Positions 11,004 through 42,197 of a stretch of DNA of 64,000 bases are shown piece after piece (position 1 is the stretch's first letter; every line of letters starts with the position of its first letter). The notes under the pieces are model-generated. The model did not search any database, was not told the DNA's origin, and was given only the letters and a program-made list of their open reading frames with translations. Location: contig NMRA01000014.1 of NCBI GenBank assembly GCA_002633005.1, positions 1,453,550 through 1,517,549 on the forward strand. The letters are read 5' to 3'. Both the position numbers and the translations under genes were made by a program. This DNA comes from Phoronis australis. Lineage: Eukaryota > Animalia > Phoronida.

Positions 11004-12339
11004 AAGACAAAGGGACTATGTGACAGCTTCTACATGTTTGGAGTGGAAGCTAAGGATGTCTCGGTCATTGTTGTGATTGAAACAGAAGTGCAGAATGGAC
11101 ACTGGTCAAGAACAGTGGTGGATTAGCTATTTCTTGGCCCCAAGACAGAACTCAAGTGCAGGCACCCTGTTGCAAGACTAGAATTCTCTGTACCATCAAT
11201 CACTACGTGTACACATGTCATGGTGCATCTCTAATTGTGAACAATCCAACTGCATTCAAATGGAAATAGGTGGAAACCCTTGTTTACATTCTTTAGTTAA
11301 GGGATTTGTACACAAGAGAATAGAACTATCCATTTATCTGTTACCTCGAGATCTACAGTGTGTTAGGCCTTAGTGAGAGCAATACTTGCATATTGATGAC
11401 ATTGTCACAAGAGAGCTGCAAAACATTGACATGGCAAAACACTATTTCTGTTAACCACAAACCCAAATCATTTTCAAGGGTGGTATCTTTCAAGTGTTAT
11501 AATTTGTATCACTGAACACGGGTTGCACTTCATCTTGTCACAATTGATCTCAACATTGTGTTATACATCATCATTATGCAGTCTTCCTTATTGCTCACCA
11601 TTGTTTGGTTTATAAAAACTATCAAGCTTTTCTAAAACTTCTTGCATTAGGTGTTTTCTCAGTTTTGTACACCCTCTGTGGCTTAAGACTCGTGACCTTT
11701 ATGGTTAATCTGTCACTGGCCAGAGGTGAAATAGCAACTGCAGGCTGCCTACAATTCAAGACTGTGATACCAACTGCTGCTAACTACAGGTGGCTCTAGT
11801 GTTACTAACAGGAGACCAGTAGTATGCATTGACTCTCATTGATGCTGGGTCATGTGTCTGTGTAAGTGGACCCTGCAGGCTAATCTCTTCCATGTATCTG
11901 TGTCTTTGTTTGACCAAACTAGTCAGAAACAACGTATTGCAATAACGCGAGTACAAAGTGGAGTGAAAAATGCTAAATGTTATCACTGAACCATGTCTAG
12001 TGAGTACCATGATGTGGTGCTGGGGAATGACACTGCTTGATGTGGGTTATTTGTTTGTGTCTGTGAGGTATGTCAGGAGTGCAAAGGTCATCCGTTTTCA
12101 GCTTTTTTCCTGACATTTAATTATTATCTATGAATACAACTAAAGGTTGGTTAGTGCAGGATTTTCAAAGAACAGATCTGTTTAGTTCCTGCATAGTTAG
12201 GACCATGCAACTACACCTGTATAACACTGTTCATTATCCAATATGTGTCACTGGTAGGCCTACTGGCATTTGAGTGCATGGTGGTACACCAAGAAAATGG
12301 CTGCCGCAATTGTACCACCTTGACAGTAAAAATGATAAC

Positions 12340-12952
12340 ACAACCGATCTTGGTTTAACTCGTCGCCTTCGGGATCACGAAAAAAGTGATAACTTATCTA
12401 AGTGACGACTTATATGTAAGCCATTGTTTGACAACTTCAGTGTGGCGTACATATATTGGCAAAATGATGATTGCCTAGTATATTAATTTCCGCATCATTG
12501 GTTTGTGTTTATAAGAATGTGTATTTTGATCAGATGTTTTTTGTTATGGTTTGTATTTTAAATCTAATTTTGTTGAGGTAAGCCATGGAAGAGGCAGTGG
12601 ACACTTGTTATGAGGAGTTGAATCTTTAAATTTCTTTTTAATAGAAATGACGTCTGTCTTTGATTGACAGCACTTTGCAACATTTCTTATTACGACGAGT
12701 ACTATTTTGCATAAATTTAAGTTGTCACAATCATTAGTATCGAAAATACTTGTGACAACACAAGTCCTTTGGTGACAACTTGCACAAAAATTTGCATGTA
12801 AAGGTCAGGACAGGTTCCGCTTTTGGGCAACAAGTTAGATGATAACGATGACTAAATTGTGGCAAACATTTACATGTGAATGATTGGGCGTGTAATTGGG
12901 ACCAAGAAAAAGTGACGAGTTATGCGATGACAAGTTATGCGAGGTCGCTTGC
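12340..12952. mobile_element. Degenerate Tc1/pogo-like non-autonomous element
   Basis: Imperfect terminal inverted repeats acaaccgatcttggtttaactcgtc / gacaagttatgcgaggtcgcttg with internal gacgacttat/gacgagttat subrepeats. Confidence 0.4.
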
Positions 12953-14912
12953 AGAACAGTAATTTATGAAGTGTTGCTATTTTAGTGATGTCTTTCAAGT
13001 GATGAGTCTTTCTGTGTTCTAAACTGGTCAAAATGATAAGAAAAATGTCTTTAAGGCAACCAGCAGTATTTAGTTGCTGAATAACTTCAAATAGCTGTAT
13101 GAATATACTGCTGGTTTGACACAAGTGAAAGGTATAAATTTTTAGTTAAAAAAACAGTGAAATATTTAGATTTCTTTATTAGCTGTAAAGCAATCAGTGA
13201 CATGTAACTGTCTTATTCTCCATGGGTGAGTGGTGACCCTGCTCTAGACCCAACACCAGCATAACCATAGTGTCCAGTGAACAAAGTGCTGAGGTTTGTC
13301 GACTCAGCAAAAACTAATACCACATTGACAGAGGTCATGTATCATGAGGCTGTTCTTAACGGTGTCAGTTTTAACTTGCCCAAGGTCATTCTAGTCCAGA
13401 TGAGTGAGCATGGAACTACTTACTTACTTTGCCAATTGGCATCAGACCATCTATGTTTAGTGTCTTATGTCTGTATATCCCTCTTTGATGGTGATCATTT
13501 CCTTAGTTGTTAATCAAAAGAAACTGAAAGCCGTTTTGAATCGGCCTTTCTCTTGAAAACTAACTCAATTTAGACCACTTAATAGAACAAAATTGGTGAT
13601 AACTGCCAGCTGATTATTGCCAGAGGCCTTGCTCAGTGCACAAAATGACCAGCTGGCAAAGCTTTGCTGGGTAAGCTTTAGGACAGAAAATAAGCCATAT
13701 CTAGTTAGGTTTCACAGAAAGCTAATTTGTAGCAGTTTTTAAAGGCCAAGTCTGTAATGTCTAAACCATTTTAGATTCGTGTCATTTTACTCGAAAGTGC
13801 TTGAAACGGCAATTAAGTTTAGTTTTCCAATTTTGTAATCCGAATGTAATGTAGTTATGCTCACTAAGATTTTGTCACATTTTAGTTTTTGTAACCTGTT
13901 TTGAATTTTTATGTACTTTTCTTGGTACTTTGTTTTGTGCAATATTGTTTTAATGCTCAACATAGCAATGTACGTGTGTTTGAGATTTAATGCAAAATAA
14001 ATTGTTGAAACGATGATCCTGGGTCAATGAGTTTCCATAGCCATGATGGTGGTACTGAGTGACTGTCAGAACAACATGCAAGAATATGTGCCTTGGTGCA
14101 CGTGAACTGCCTTCTTTCCTGTCCCCTCAGACAGTAAAGAGAGGTCGGATTCTGTAGATTTACAGTAGAAAGTTAACAATCAAGTGAACAGAAAGAAACT
14201 ATAACACTCTGCGATAAAAAATAGTGTTTATTGATTATACTTAAAATGTACAAACCTAAACTAATACCCAGTAAACTTGACATCTCAATGGACTTGAGAG
14301 TATCTGGTAATGGACTAAAATTTGAAAAAATAACCAATACTTCTCAGGGACAAAGGTTTATAGTTCAAATCCCTAAGGAACACAAACCTAAGTTAGTACC
14401 AAGCTGCACTATAAAATAAAAGTTTCCACCTTAGCAACACGAGCAAGAAGTAGAAACGGCAAAATTTTTCATAATTCGTATCCAACTGGAATGAAATTTC
14501 ATCAGTTACACAAAATTTGATTTATCTGAAGAACCTAGCATACTACACATTTGAAAATTAACTGGTCATTTTCAAAATTACTTGTAAAGAATATATGTTG
14601 ACTTACTGTGTTGTTTATGCACCAATTTTCCCAAACAGTGCCAATATCGCACTTGTTTTTGTGTGCAATCAGCAACAGAAACGTAACGCGTGGTGTGCAT
14701 GCCGACAACTACCGCAAGACTTACAGATGTATCAAAGCAATCAATGGGCATATGCGTGTGTAACTAGATCAATCAGTAGCTTGCTGCAGAGAGATTTACA
14801 GCACCTGTCTCTCTATTGGCAGGGGAGTAAAATTGTTATGAGCAATGAACAATGTTCACGCTCGTAACAAGAATTGGTGCAAAATACTGTCAAAGTCAAA
14901 TAATTTTGGAAG

Positions 14913-15672
14913 AGATTAGTAATGGGGTGGACTTCTGACTTAGGTGAGGTAAAAACGAAGGGCATTTATGGGGAATGATGTTCGCATTTTTTTCAGTTTT
15001 GTGAAAATCCGACTTAAGAATCTCGACTTTGAACATGTAACTTTTATTACAAAATTGATGCACTCACAACCAAATGTTGTAGCTTGTCACTAATTAGACA
15101 AAACACACAATCGACAAACTACAACATCCAAGACTTCACAACATAGCGCATTACTTTCAATGTGTCCATTATGGCGATGACGCACTGTTTACACAAAAAC
15201 ACTTGTTTCAATGTTGTTATGCGACATCAGTACCAACACCAGACAGGACACATACCGTACCAAGTCAATCTGCCAATACAAGACCAAATGGTGCACATGT
15301 GGTCTGGCAGGCTCCATACTTGAGAGAACAACACTAAATAGTGATTTATCCACTGAGATGACTTGAATACAAGCCCAGTGCAAAGTGAACGCAGATGGCT
15401 TAGGCACATCTGTTTGCAGCTAGTTGAGTTGAAGATTGCTTAGTCATTGTACAGTATAACTTGCCCAAGTCGGATGCACAGAGGTCGGATTTTCGTTTGG
15501 ATAAATTTCTGTGGTAGGGTTTTTAATCCATTGATTCCATAACAAATATCTACGAGTAAGTCACAAGTTCTCAGGTCAGATTTTTGCTAAACTTGGAGAA
15601 AAAGTGCACATCATTAAACACCAATTGCCATTTTCACCTCACTTAGGTTGGAATCTGCTGCATCACCAATCT
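14913..15672. mobile_element. Old inverted-repeat DNA element downstream of Piwi stop
   Basis: agattagtaatggggtggacttctgacttaggtgaggtaaaa...aaaatccgacttaagaatctcgactt mirrored by aagtcacaagttctcaggtcagatttt...ttttcacctcacttaggttggaatctgctgcatcaccaatct (diverged arms of roughly 115 nt). Confidence 0.5.
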
Positions 15673-16328
15673 GTGAGAGTTTGATAAGGGCCGTATTAAG
15701 CGACAGCAAGAGCTGCAACGTAAGGGAATTTGAACACGAGAAGTAAATTGTTCATTTTTGCTAATGTAAGGAAGAAGTTCCATCCAGACACTCTATACTC
15801 TCACACTTAAGTGTAACTGTAACAAAATTGGCACTGACCTGTGTGTGAGATGAGTCCTGTGTCTATCCACTCACTCACTTATTAAACTTAGACACTCGAT
15901 GTATGTACAAGATAACTAAAATTACCCATAATACCATGAGCAGAATGAATGTTAACTTAAAACTACCCAAACACTACTTGTAAAAACTACCCAGTAACTT
16001 AAATGACTAGATAATAGCAATCAGACAGGTTTTTGATCATCTACGTAAACGAAAACTAACATAAACAACACGGCTACTAGCAATGAAGATGACTGGTGAC
16101 TCACAGAGAAGCGAGGAAGTCTAACGTATTCCATACAATGCATGTAGGTTACCTACACACAACCTCTCAAGACCACATACGAACATAATTTACAAAAGAC
16201 TTCATTACAAAAATGATGGAAACTGTCTAAAATGTTCTTCTGAATTTTCGTTTTATGTAACAGACCCATTTTTTGATTCGGATAAACTGCAGCCAAGTCA
16301 AACTGCAAACTTCTCCATAACTGTAGAT

Positions 16329-33782
<17,454 letters not shown>

Positions 33783-34318
33783 GGCTCAAATCTGAAGCGT
33801 ATGAAAAATATCAGATCAAAATCTCACCAAAAACTACGAGGCTGTTTCATATTTTTACCTTCATAAAGCGAAAGTGTAAAATACAAAAATAAAGGAGTTT
33901 TCACTGAAAGCAAAACTGAAGCAACTGTCCAATACACATGCTCAAAACACTTCTGTGATGTAAGTGTTTCGCAATAATCAACAACTAGCCATCAGTGAAC
34001 ATGCAGTCATACCTGCCTCACTATTTGAACGGTCATGCTTCTGACAAAAATGAAACACTGTCAAATAAAAATGTATAAGGTTGGTATTGTTAGACTGAAT
34101 AACAAAGTACTTACTATTGTTGCATTTAGCCTCCACTCCACAAGGCAAACACAAAATAAATGGTAGCTATTTTAATGCAGCAACTGCACACTACTTTTAA
34201 ATCTCTCAACGGCTGCTTAGTTATCCGGAAAGGTTTAGCAGTGCTAAAGTAGTCATATCAAGAAAGTATGTTGTCACCAACACAAAGACGTATCGGGACT
34301 TTAACCCCACTTTGAAGA

Positions 34319-34730
34319 TGTTTCAGCTTGGGTTAATGAAACAGTGTCAATCCATGACCTACTTATAAATTATTATTAGTAAGTATGTATGTTGTGTTTC
34401 AGCCTGGGTTAATGAAACAATATCAACCCATGACCTACTTATAAATTATTAATAGGAAGTATGTATGTTGTGTTTCAGCCTGGGTTAATGAAACTATCAA
34501 TCCATGACCTACTTATAAATTATTATTAGGAAGTATGTATGTTGTGTTTCAGCCTGGGTTAATGAAACTATCAATCCATGACCTACTTATAAATTATTAT
34601 TAGGAAGTATGTATGTTGTGTTTCAGCCTGGGTTAATGAAACAATATCAATCCTTGACCTATGTTATTATCAGAAAAAGCGTTAGTATTGAAGCCTGCGT
34701 TAATGAAACAGTAACAATTCTTGGACCTAC
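34319..34730. repeat. Tandem repeat, 74-76-bp unit, ~5 copies
   Basis: tttcagcctgggttaatgaaac..tatcaatccatgacctacttataaattattattaggaagtatgtatgttgtg; units start 34321, 34397, 34473, 34547, 34621. Confidence 0.92.
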
Positions 34731-36211
34731 TATATTCCCATTTTTTGAAGAGATCGATCCTGCATTTAGAAATGAGGGATACTAATTGGAGACCAGAGGA
34801 AGAATTTATGCCACCTTCCAAGGAAAAATATGTAAAGCTGATCGTGAAACCCATGTGATGTAAAATCCCCTGACGCTAGCAGTGTAAAAATGACCGGTTA
34901 CCAGTTTGGAAAACTGAACAAAGAACTGCTAGAAAAAAGTTAATGTTTGATTACGGAAACATTTTTCGAGTTAGAAGGAAATAAAGACATCGGCCTCCTA
35001 AGGTGTCCCTCGGGTCAGTTGGAGCTTAACACGCAGTATATGGAAGACAGCCTTAAGAGAACTCATATAGCTAGCTGGCTGGCCACATGGGAAGATATAT
35101 ATACGGGAGTCCAGAATTTGTAAGATTTGATCCCTTGGAGTTTTTTTGTTCGTGATCTGGCATGATTTCGCATAACTTACACCACCCAGCGAAGGAAACT
35201 CGAGTGAACCTTGACAGATTTTCATGGATATGCTTAGGTTTTCATATCATGTACTATCCAGAGTCTAGCCAATACTCAACTCTTAAACAAAACTGAAGGT
35301 CCATTGGAGGGATTTTCCCCACTCGGTGAAATGGATCCGATATAAACCATCAGAATGGGAGGAAAATTCTTGTTCAGTGTATTATTACTGACCAAATCAA
35401 ATTCCCTTGACACGTATTTCGCCTCCTTTTACCAAGTCCTTCAACAAGCACGAATAAAATCGTCTGCCGTATTCTACACTTACAAATGACCTTGTGTAGT
35501 GACCAGAATGCCAGCCAATGAGTCCAGTGAATACTCCAGTTCATAAGTTCACAGGTAGATTAAAAGTTGCGAATGACGGAGTGACAAGCCAAAACTAAAG
35601 TCAAATCTTAGAGTGAACGAGTTCTTTCGATGCAGTTCTATTCGCCGTATTATTTCTTAAAATAAATGTGTTCATGCGAAAGAAATTTTGAAGCATGTAG
35701 AAGAATAATATCAGATACTCAAGTGTGATCTGCATAGCACTTGATTCTACACTTTCACTGTGCGAACTTCCAACACTATTTAAGAGTTGGTTCACTGACT
35801 ATCCAGAATCATGCCAATCATGAACCCATCTGTTACAAGTATTTACAGACACACTCCACAATTTTGTTAAACCATGGTACACAATTTTGCCGAAATATTG
35901 CAAATTAAAATCGTACCAGTGGTAGTTGCAAGGCCAAATGAAGCAAAATACAGTACCAGTTCCTATCCAAAACGGAGAAAGTCATTTGAAGAAAGAAGGT
36001 GGCAGTATGTGCTCAAATGTAAACATTTTTCACACAAGTGCCTTGCCTTGGACGCCATCTTGTCACTGAGTAACATACTGCTGTAAGTTGACGTGATTTT
36101 TAAAAATAAGTCAACAGTTCACCTAATGACCTAGTTTGTACTTGAATGCCATTGGTTGACTTAGAAATGAGACCAACCATTAGACCTTAATCTGGGGGAA
36201 GCAGAGAAGTA

Positions 36212-37281
36212 AAAGTTTGATAACCGAAGTATTTGTTCGAGTTGGAAGGAATTAAAGACATTGATGGCCTCCAAAGGTGACCCTCTGTGCGCATAAGGTA
36301 TTATAGCAACGCGCATAGATGGACACCTGAGGAGGTCATCGATGTATTTAATTCCTTCCAACTCAAACTACCTGTTATCAAAGTTTTTCTTCGAGCAGTC
36401 CCTTGTTCAGTTCCCAAAATCGGTAACTCGCCATTTTTAACACTGCGCCCGGCAGGTGGCATGATGGACATATCTCCTATTGTGTGCAGTGTGAAAATGG
36501 CGAATTACCAACTTTGGGAACTGAACAAGGGACTGCTCGAAGAAAAAGTTGTTCGAGTTGGAAGGAATTAAATACATTGACGACCTCCTAAGGTGTCCAT
36601 CTATGGCTGTATTCCCAAAAGGTATTTGTAACAACGTGACTTTGATGTTTTAGTAAGTGCAAGGCATAATTCGCTGAAAAGTTTCTGGCGAACGAAGTTC
36701 CTATAGGAGCTCCATTGTCTGCGCTAGCTGCGCCAGCACCACCGCCACCTTTAATCAGCCCTCAACTATACACTAAGTTAAGAGAAAGGTATACAACTGC
36801 TATCCAATATGGCCGCCTGCCGGGCACTTACGGAATAACTCCAAGCATGTCAAATCTGAAAGTAATTTAACTCAAACATTTTATCTGCAACAGTAACACG
36901 TTCACTAGTTACATTTGTTAACATCGGAACCAATAAGTACCATAAATACCTCCAGATTTTCCTTGTTCAATCGCCAACATTCATGCAAAGCGTAGAGTGC
37001 AAAATGTGCCATTCAGCATCAACTAATGCGCATGCTCGATGTCAACAAATGTAACTAGTGAACGTGTTGCTGACGCAGATAAAATGTTTGAATTAAATTA
37101 CTCAGACTTGACATGCTTGGAGTTATTCCGGAAGTGTCCAGCAGGCGGCCATACTGGATAGCAGTTAACTTTCTCTTTATTTGGTGTAAAGTTGAGGGTA
37201 GGCAAAGTTTGATAACGAGAGTATTTGTTCGAGTTGGAAGGAATTAAACAAATCGACAACCTCCTAAGGTGTTCCTCTATG
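36212..37281. repeat. Complex of inverted repeats upstream of Piwi
   Basis: ~165-nt arms 36759-36926 / 37037-37198 around a 110-nt spacer; separate ~75-nt motif (ttcgagttggaaggaattaaa..at.ga..cctcctaaggtgt.c.tct) at 36212(+), 36312(-), 36541(+), 37203(+), with a partial copy at 34964. Confidence 0.85.
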
Positions 37282-37500
37282 CTTCCGGCGTACAGAGCGC
37301 CTATAGCCTCTGCATCGCCTCTGGTTCGGGACAGAGGCGATGGTCATTGCCTAAGTTGAGGGCTGCTTAAAAAAGGTACCTGTGGCCAGTACAGACGATG
37401 GTCATTGTCTAACTGTTGCCTAGCTGAACCCGTTTTGGATAAAATTATTAAGATTTGTGTTTGATATGGGTGGCTGAAGTGTAGCACCCGTGGAATTCCT

Positions 37501-37645
37501 GTTGTTTACAAAAGTACAATCCGACTACTTCAGTACTTGATATTACTATAAATACATTTTTGGAATCGCCATGATCACCATAGCGAGAGGATACAGAAAT
37601 ATTAATATCAAGTATGTCCGTTAATGGAGTCGGATTGTAAACAAT
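37501..37645. repeat. Small inverted repeat (MITE-like)
   Basis: tacaatccgact...tacttgatatta mirrored by taatatcaagta...agtcggattgta. Confidence 0.55.
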
Positions 37646-38228
37646 ATTGTATACAGTGTTTTGGGGACGATCAGAAGTTGAGCCGAGGACGCCAGTGCTG
37701 AATACAAACCAACTTGAAAATGAAATGTTCTACAGACAGTGTACACGGTTGCAGCACGTTCTTATACTCAGAAAAACTTTCATTACATTCGTCCGCCCTA
37801 AAATGCTTGAAAATTACTAACAAATATTATCTGTACAAACACTCACCAAAAAACCTTGAAATAACAAAAACGTGAACACATTTGTAAGACACCACATGGA
37901 ATACAAACTACACTTTTCAGATCTCGTTCACGGATGCTGCCTCGGTTTGAAAAAATAACTTTTTCCGCAAGAGGGCGGCAACACTTGTGTTCCCAGAGTT
38001 CCCAGAGACAGTTGTTCGGCATCTCTGCGGCCTGTTCCTGAGGCCTCACACTCTGACGTCACGGATAGCGTGTAAACAATGCCTTGTATTTCTTGAGATC
38101 GGAACAGCCAATAATATTCCAAGAATGCTGATGGAAAAGTGCGCAGCAGCACGGACCCCAACCAATCTAGAGGGTCTGTGTAGCCAAGGAGTCTTTGAGT
38201 GAGCCAACAAAACTCAATCGCCACATAA

Positions 38229-38786
38229 GCGGATTTATAGGGGGGGGGGCAGCTAGGGGGCCTGCCCCCCCTTGGCTGCCGCAAGCAAAATGAAACAGCA
38301 ACAACGTGAAGCGTGAGGAATATTGAGGTCAGCAAGTATAGGAGCGGTAGCGGATGGGGGGGGCCTCAGACCCCAGATCGCAGCGGGGGAATGCGTGTTC
38401 CCGTTTTTTTTGTTTATTTTTAACCCGTGATTGATAGATTTTGCGAACAGGGAGTGTACATCCTCAGCCCCCGTAACTTTCGGGCCTCCTGTGCATACAT
38501 GCAATAGCGCTTTGCCCAATTCCCCGAGGTAACATGTAACCCCCCTATCCTAGATCCGCCACTGCGCCACTAGCGAGACCTAAAGCTATTATCGAGACCG
38601 TCTCGTCCACTGATATAAGCATAGGGGCGGATCCAGGATTTTGAGTTGGGGGGCAGCACTGCAGAGTAGCCAGGATTTTGCCCGCTAGACATTCGCACCC
38701 CGGCCTGAACTAGCAAATTAATTGAACCTGGGAAACTTGGGGGACATGGCCCCTTATATATTGGTCTCCCCTTAAATCCGCCACTG
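38229..38786. mobile_element. Cluster of nested GGCGGAT-ended MITE-like elements with G/C homopolymer runs
   Basis: Ends gcggatttatagggggg / ccccttaaatccgccactg, internal gcggatgggg / ctagatccgccactg (to 38564) and ggggcggatccagg (38623). Confidence 0.6.
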
Positions 38787-39080
38787 CTAAGTCTATTAGG
38801 CAATCTGCAGACCCATCCCGTTAATTGCTGAGATATAAAAAACAACGTTCCGTAGTCACGATGTCGCGTACATATATAGCGTTGGCGTCGAATAACTACG
38901 GAGAAAAGTTATGACCACCGCGTAAGTGCCGGACTTAACAATTACACGGGCGTTAACCAAATAATTAAGTAATTTTCCTTATCTCTCAGTCCGTCGAGAA
39001 ACACAGCATACAGTGATGAAGTGAATAGTACGTTGAAAATTGACCAATGAATGTTTTTTAGAACGAGTTTTGTGTCGAAA

Positions 39081-39323
39081 ATGGCTCGCACCCGAGGGGA
39101 GGGGGGCTCGGGGGCTCGAACGAGCCCCCCCCCCACCCGTNCCATTTGGCGAAGCAAAAAGGTCCCCCTCAGAGAAACAAAAAGTCTGATAAAGTGAGAC
39201 AAAAGTCCACTAAAAAAGAGCAGACGCATAGTTCACAGTTCTGAAGGTGGTAGGCCTACCCTTTTTTTTGTCCACTTTGTCAGAAATTCAAGTCCCCCAT
39301 ATTGAAGGCTGGGTGCGCGCATG
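39081..39323. mobile_element. MITE-like element
   Basis: Imperfect TIR atggctcgcaccc / gggtgcgcgcat; internal gggggctcg/cgagccccc hairpin; contains an N at 39141. Confidence 0.5.
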
Positions 39324-40529
39324 CAACCGTATCCAGCCGAGTATCGATCGTGACTGTGTGGGTGTTAGGGAATAACGTTGCGTGGAAACGTGATTAACAG
39401 ATGCGCTGCAAAAATCATGAGTATGACCCAACGGTTTGAAAAACGAGGATACTGTGACGGGCCGGGAGCGCCTTCTATTGATGGAGTCGTGAGTCGAGTC
39501 GAGTCGTCGGTTAAGACTAAGTTTGTTAGTTCCAGAAGCTAGAGTGGGTTATAATATTTTAAAGGGAGTGTAAGATGGCCAATTCCTTATTTCGTACTTC
39601 CGATGACGATATTTTTAGTTGTATTTTGATTGTTTTTTACATTTAACCCCCTAGTATTTTAGCCTTTCTCTCTCTAAAAGTTGTCACCATAGTTCTCTCG
39701 TATGCAATTCGAGCGAGTGAAAAAGTACACAACGCGGCAAATATTTTTATCGGCTACGAACAGTCGACATTATACTAAGTAGATCGGTGCTAGTCGCTCC
39801 ACCGATTCCCGTCGGAGCCGATCGAGTGACCTGTGGATGAACCTGTGTTGATAACTTTTTTTCTTGTACTAACATTCTATACCAAAACTTTCCTGTCTCT
39901 AATCTTATGTTCGACTCCCAGTATCAGGAACGGAACAGAAACCTTTTCTTGTCTTAACCAAGACGCGGGTTTTTGACTGGCCACGGTCCTAGGCACTCAC
40001 CGACTATACGTACGGGCACCATTGATCGTGGAAGCCGTTCTATCGTTCCACCTTTTGCTTAACTCTTAATTGACACCTGCTGTTGTTTTAGGGTTATATC
40101 CTTCATTTTTTTCGAATATTCCGTGGGTACGTTGAGTTTTTGTTCAGTTATTCAATGGTCGGTGGGTTCCTGATTCCGGTTCCCGTTTTTGTAATCCAGT
40201 AATTTTCTTGGCGACCACGCACCTAATAGTTAGAAAGTTTTAGTAATTTGGTCAATGTTAGTTCGAGCGGTAACTACTCTGATTATTTCCTCTGGTTACT
40301 TGTGGTCGTTGGTTGTCTTTAGTGTTTTGATTTTGGCCAATTCCGTGGAAAGGGTTGCACAATAGTTAACTCCTGTCTGCTGATATTCAGTGCTCTCACC
40401 CACTGAAAATGCCGTGAACTACCCCAATGCTCGATCCTGACCACCACGACGTAGGTACTGCAATTAAATGGCGGCCGGAACATTCATCATTCCCCGAACA
40501 ACCCCTTTCTAACACCCCATGACCGCAGT

Positions 40530-41290
40530 CCGAGAATGTCTGTTAACGAGTTACGTCCGGCAGCTGGACATTCTCTTCTGCCTAATGTAATCAAAAGAAA
40601 AGAAAAGCAACCGCCTACGTTTGATTCAAACCGAGTGGGTCGATTTTATTAAACAATTTGAAATTGTTTCGGGTTGGAACAATTGCCAGTGGACTCCCGC
40701 CAAGATAGCGATTCAGTACGAGTCTGACTCGGAAAAGACCGGCACTCAGAGTCTTGTCAGAAATCGCAGAGGATGAATTGTCTGATTATCATTCTCTCAG
40801 AAATCTTTTAGAACTGCGGTTCAATCCCCCTGAGCGGTATGAGTTCCGTAAGCGCAAACGCGCCAAAGGCGAAAGAGCGGCAGATTTCGGGTACGCCCTA
40901 AAGCGAATGGCCGCAAAAGTGTATCCCGAACTTGACAATATTTCAAGGGAAACATTAATTATAGACCAGTTTATTTCGGGCCTGGGTGATCAGTCTTTAG
41001 AACGTCACGTTCAGTTTAACCACCCTACAACTGCGGACACACCACCATTATAGCTTTAGCGGTGGAATTCGAGGCGTTTCAAGATTCTCAAACGTTGAGA
41101 AATCCCTCTGGACCGCGTCATGACCATTGGGGCCGGAGGGCAAAATGCTCAATTAAGTAGAATGGAGAATGAGATCATCAGAGACTTGCATGCTGAGCTT
41201 GGGCGCTTGCGTAAAAAGGACTTAAACTTGCTTTTCTTGAAGTGAAATCGGTCACATAAGCCGAGTGTCGAGTACAACGGCAACAGTTGC
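40530..41290 (+). pseudogene. Frameshifted retrotransposon gag
   Basis: PPTFD / WVDFIKQFEIVSGWN / LELRFNP...EFRKRKRAKGERAADFGYALKRMAAKVYP...IDQFISGL...VQFNHPTT / IALAVEFEAF spread over several frames. Confidence 0.8.
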
Positions 41291-42197
41291 CCCAGGTCGG
41301 GTGGCTCAAATCAATCAGCCAACGGTGTCGTCAAACTAGTGTCGACTGAATCTGGGCGGTAGGGGGTTCATGCTGAGTCATTAGCAGGTTGTCTCGTTTG
41401 GAGTTTGAAGCATTGTATGAAGGTGGGTCGGCACGGACTATAATTTCTAAATCTGTCACGACCAGATGAATGTTTTGGGTTCACGAGATTTGCGTCCCAT
41501 TTCCGTAAATATTTTGATGCTAGCAGGAAGAGATAACATCTCTTCCTGATGCTAGCGGTAACTTGATCAGGGATTATGGAGAAATAGAAATTAGTTTTAT
41601 TAATAGTCAGATAGTGGTTGTTGCGGAGATTGATTTTCCAGTTATTCTGGGTTTGGATTTTATGAAGCGTAATTGTTGTACGCTTGTCATGAAATCCGTG
41701 ACATTCATGATAGTCTGATAATATTATCGATATTATTTCTTTGCAAGCCAATTGTTTGTGTTTATAGAAACTTGTTTTGGCTGTCATCTGAGTCAGCAGC
41801 CGACCCATCCGGTGCCGGCATCCACACATGTTTTGATGATCTCTGTAGTAAACAAGATTGACTAATGGTCATTCGCAGAATCGTAGCCTAAAGACAGCAG
41901 ACCATTACCATATGTGAACGCAATAGATCCTGCGTGCAGGCTGCCATGGTTAGGTCATTGATTTCGAATTATGTTGGCGTTTTTGAGGGACCAAATGGAG
42001 AGTTGGGTCTCACCAGGAAGAGATAACCAGCAGGAAGGGACAACTGTTTTAGTGCATTTTAACGTGTTTTCAAAGGTGATTTCAAAAGTAAATGTTAAAC
42101 GTCGTCTGAAATCCAAGCACTGTGTTTGAAAGCTTAACTCTTTAGCTAGTTTGTAGATTTGTATTTCCTATTTATTGCATAATAAAACTCGGTATTA

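Noticed and set aside
34319-34730. Regular repeat array resembling CRISPR
   Set aside because: Units are contiguous near-identical 74-76-mers without unique spacers, no cas genes, eukaryotic context: an ordinary minisatellite.
34998-35480. Possible decayed coding remnant upstream of Piwi
   Set aside because: The reading frames I checked contain stops and nothing recognisable; cannot be supported without a translated search.
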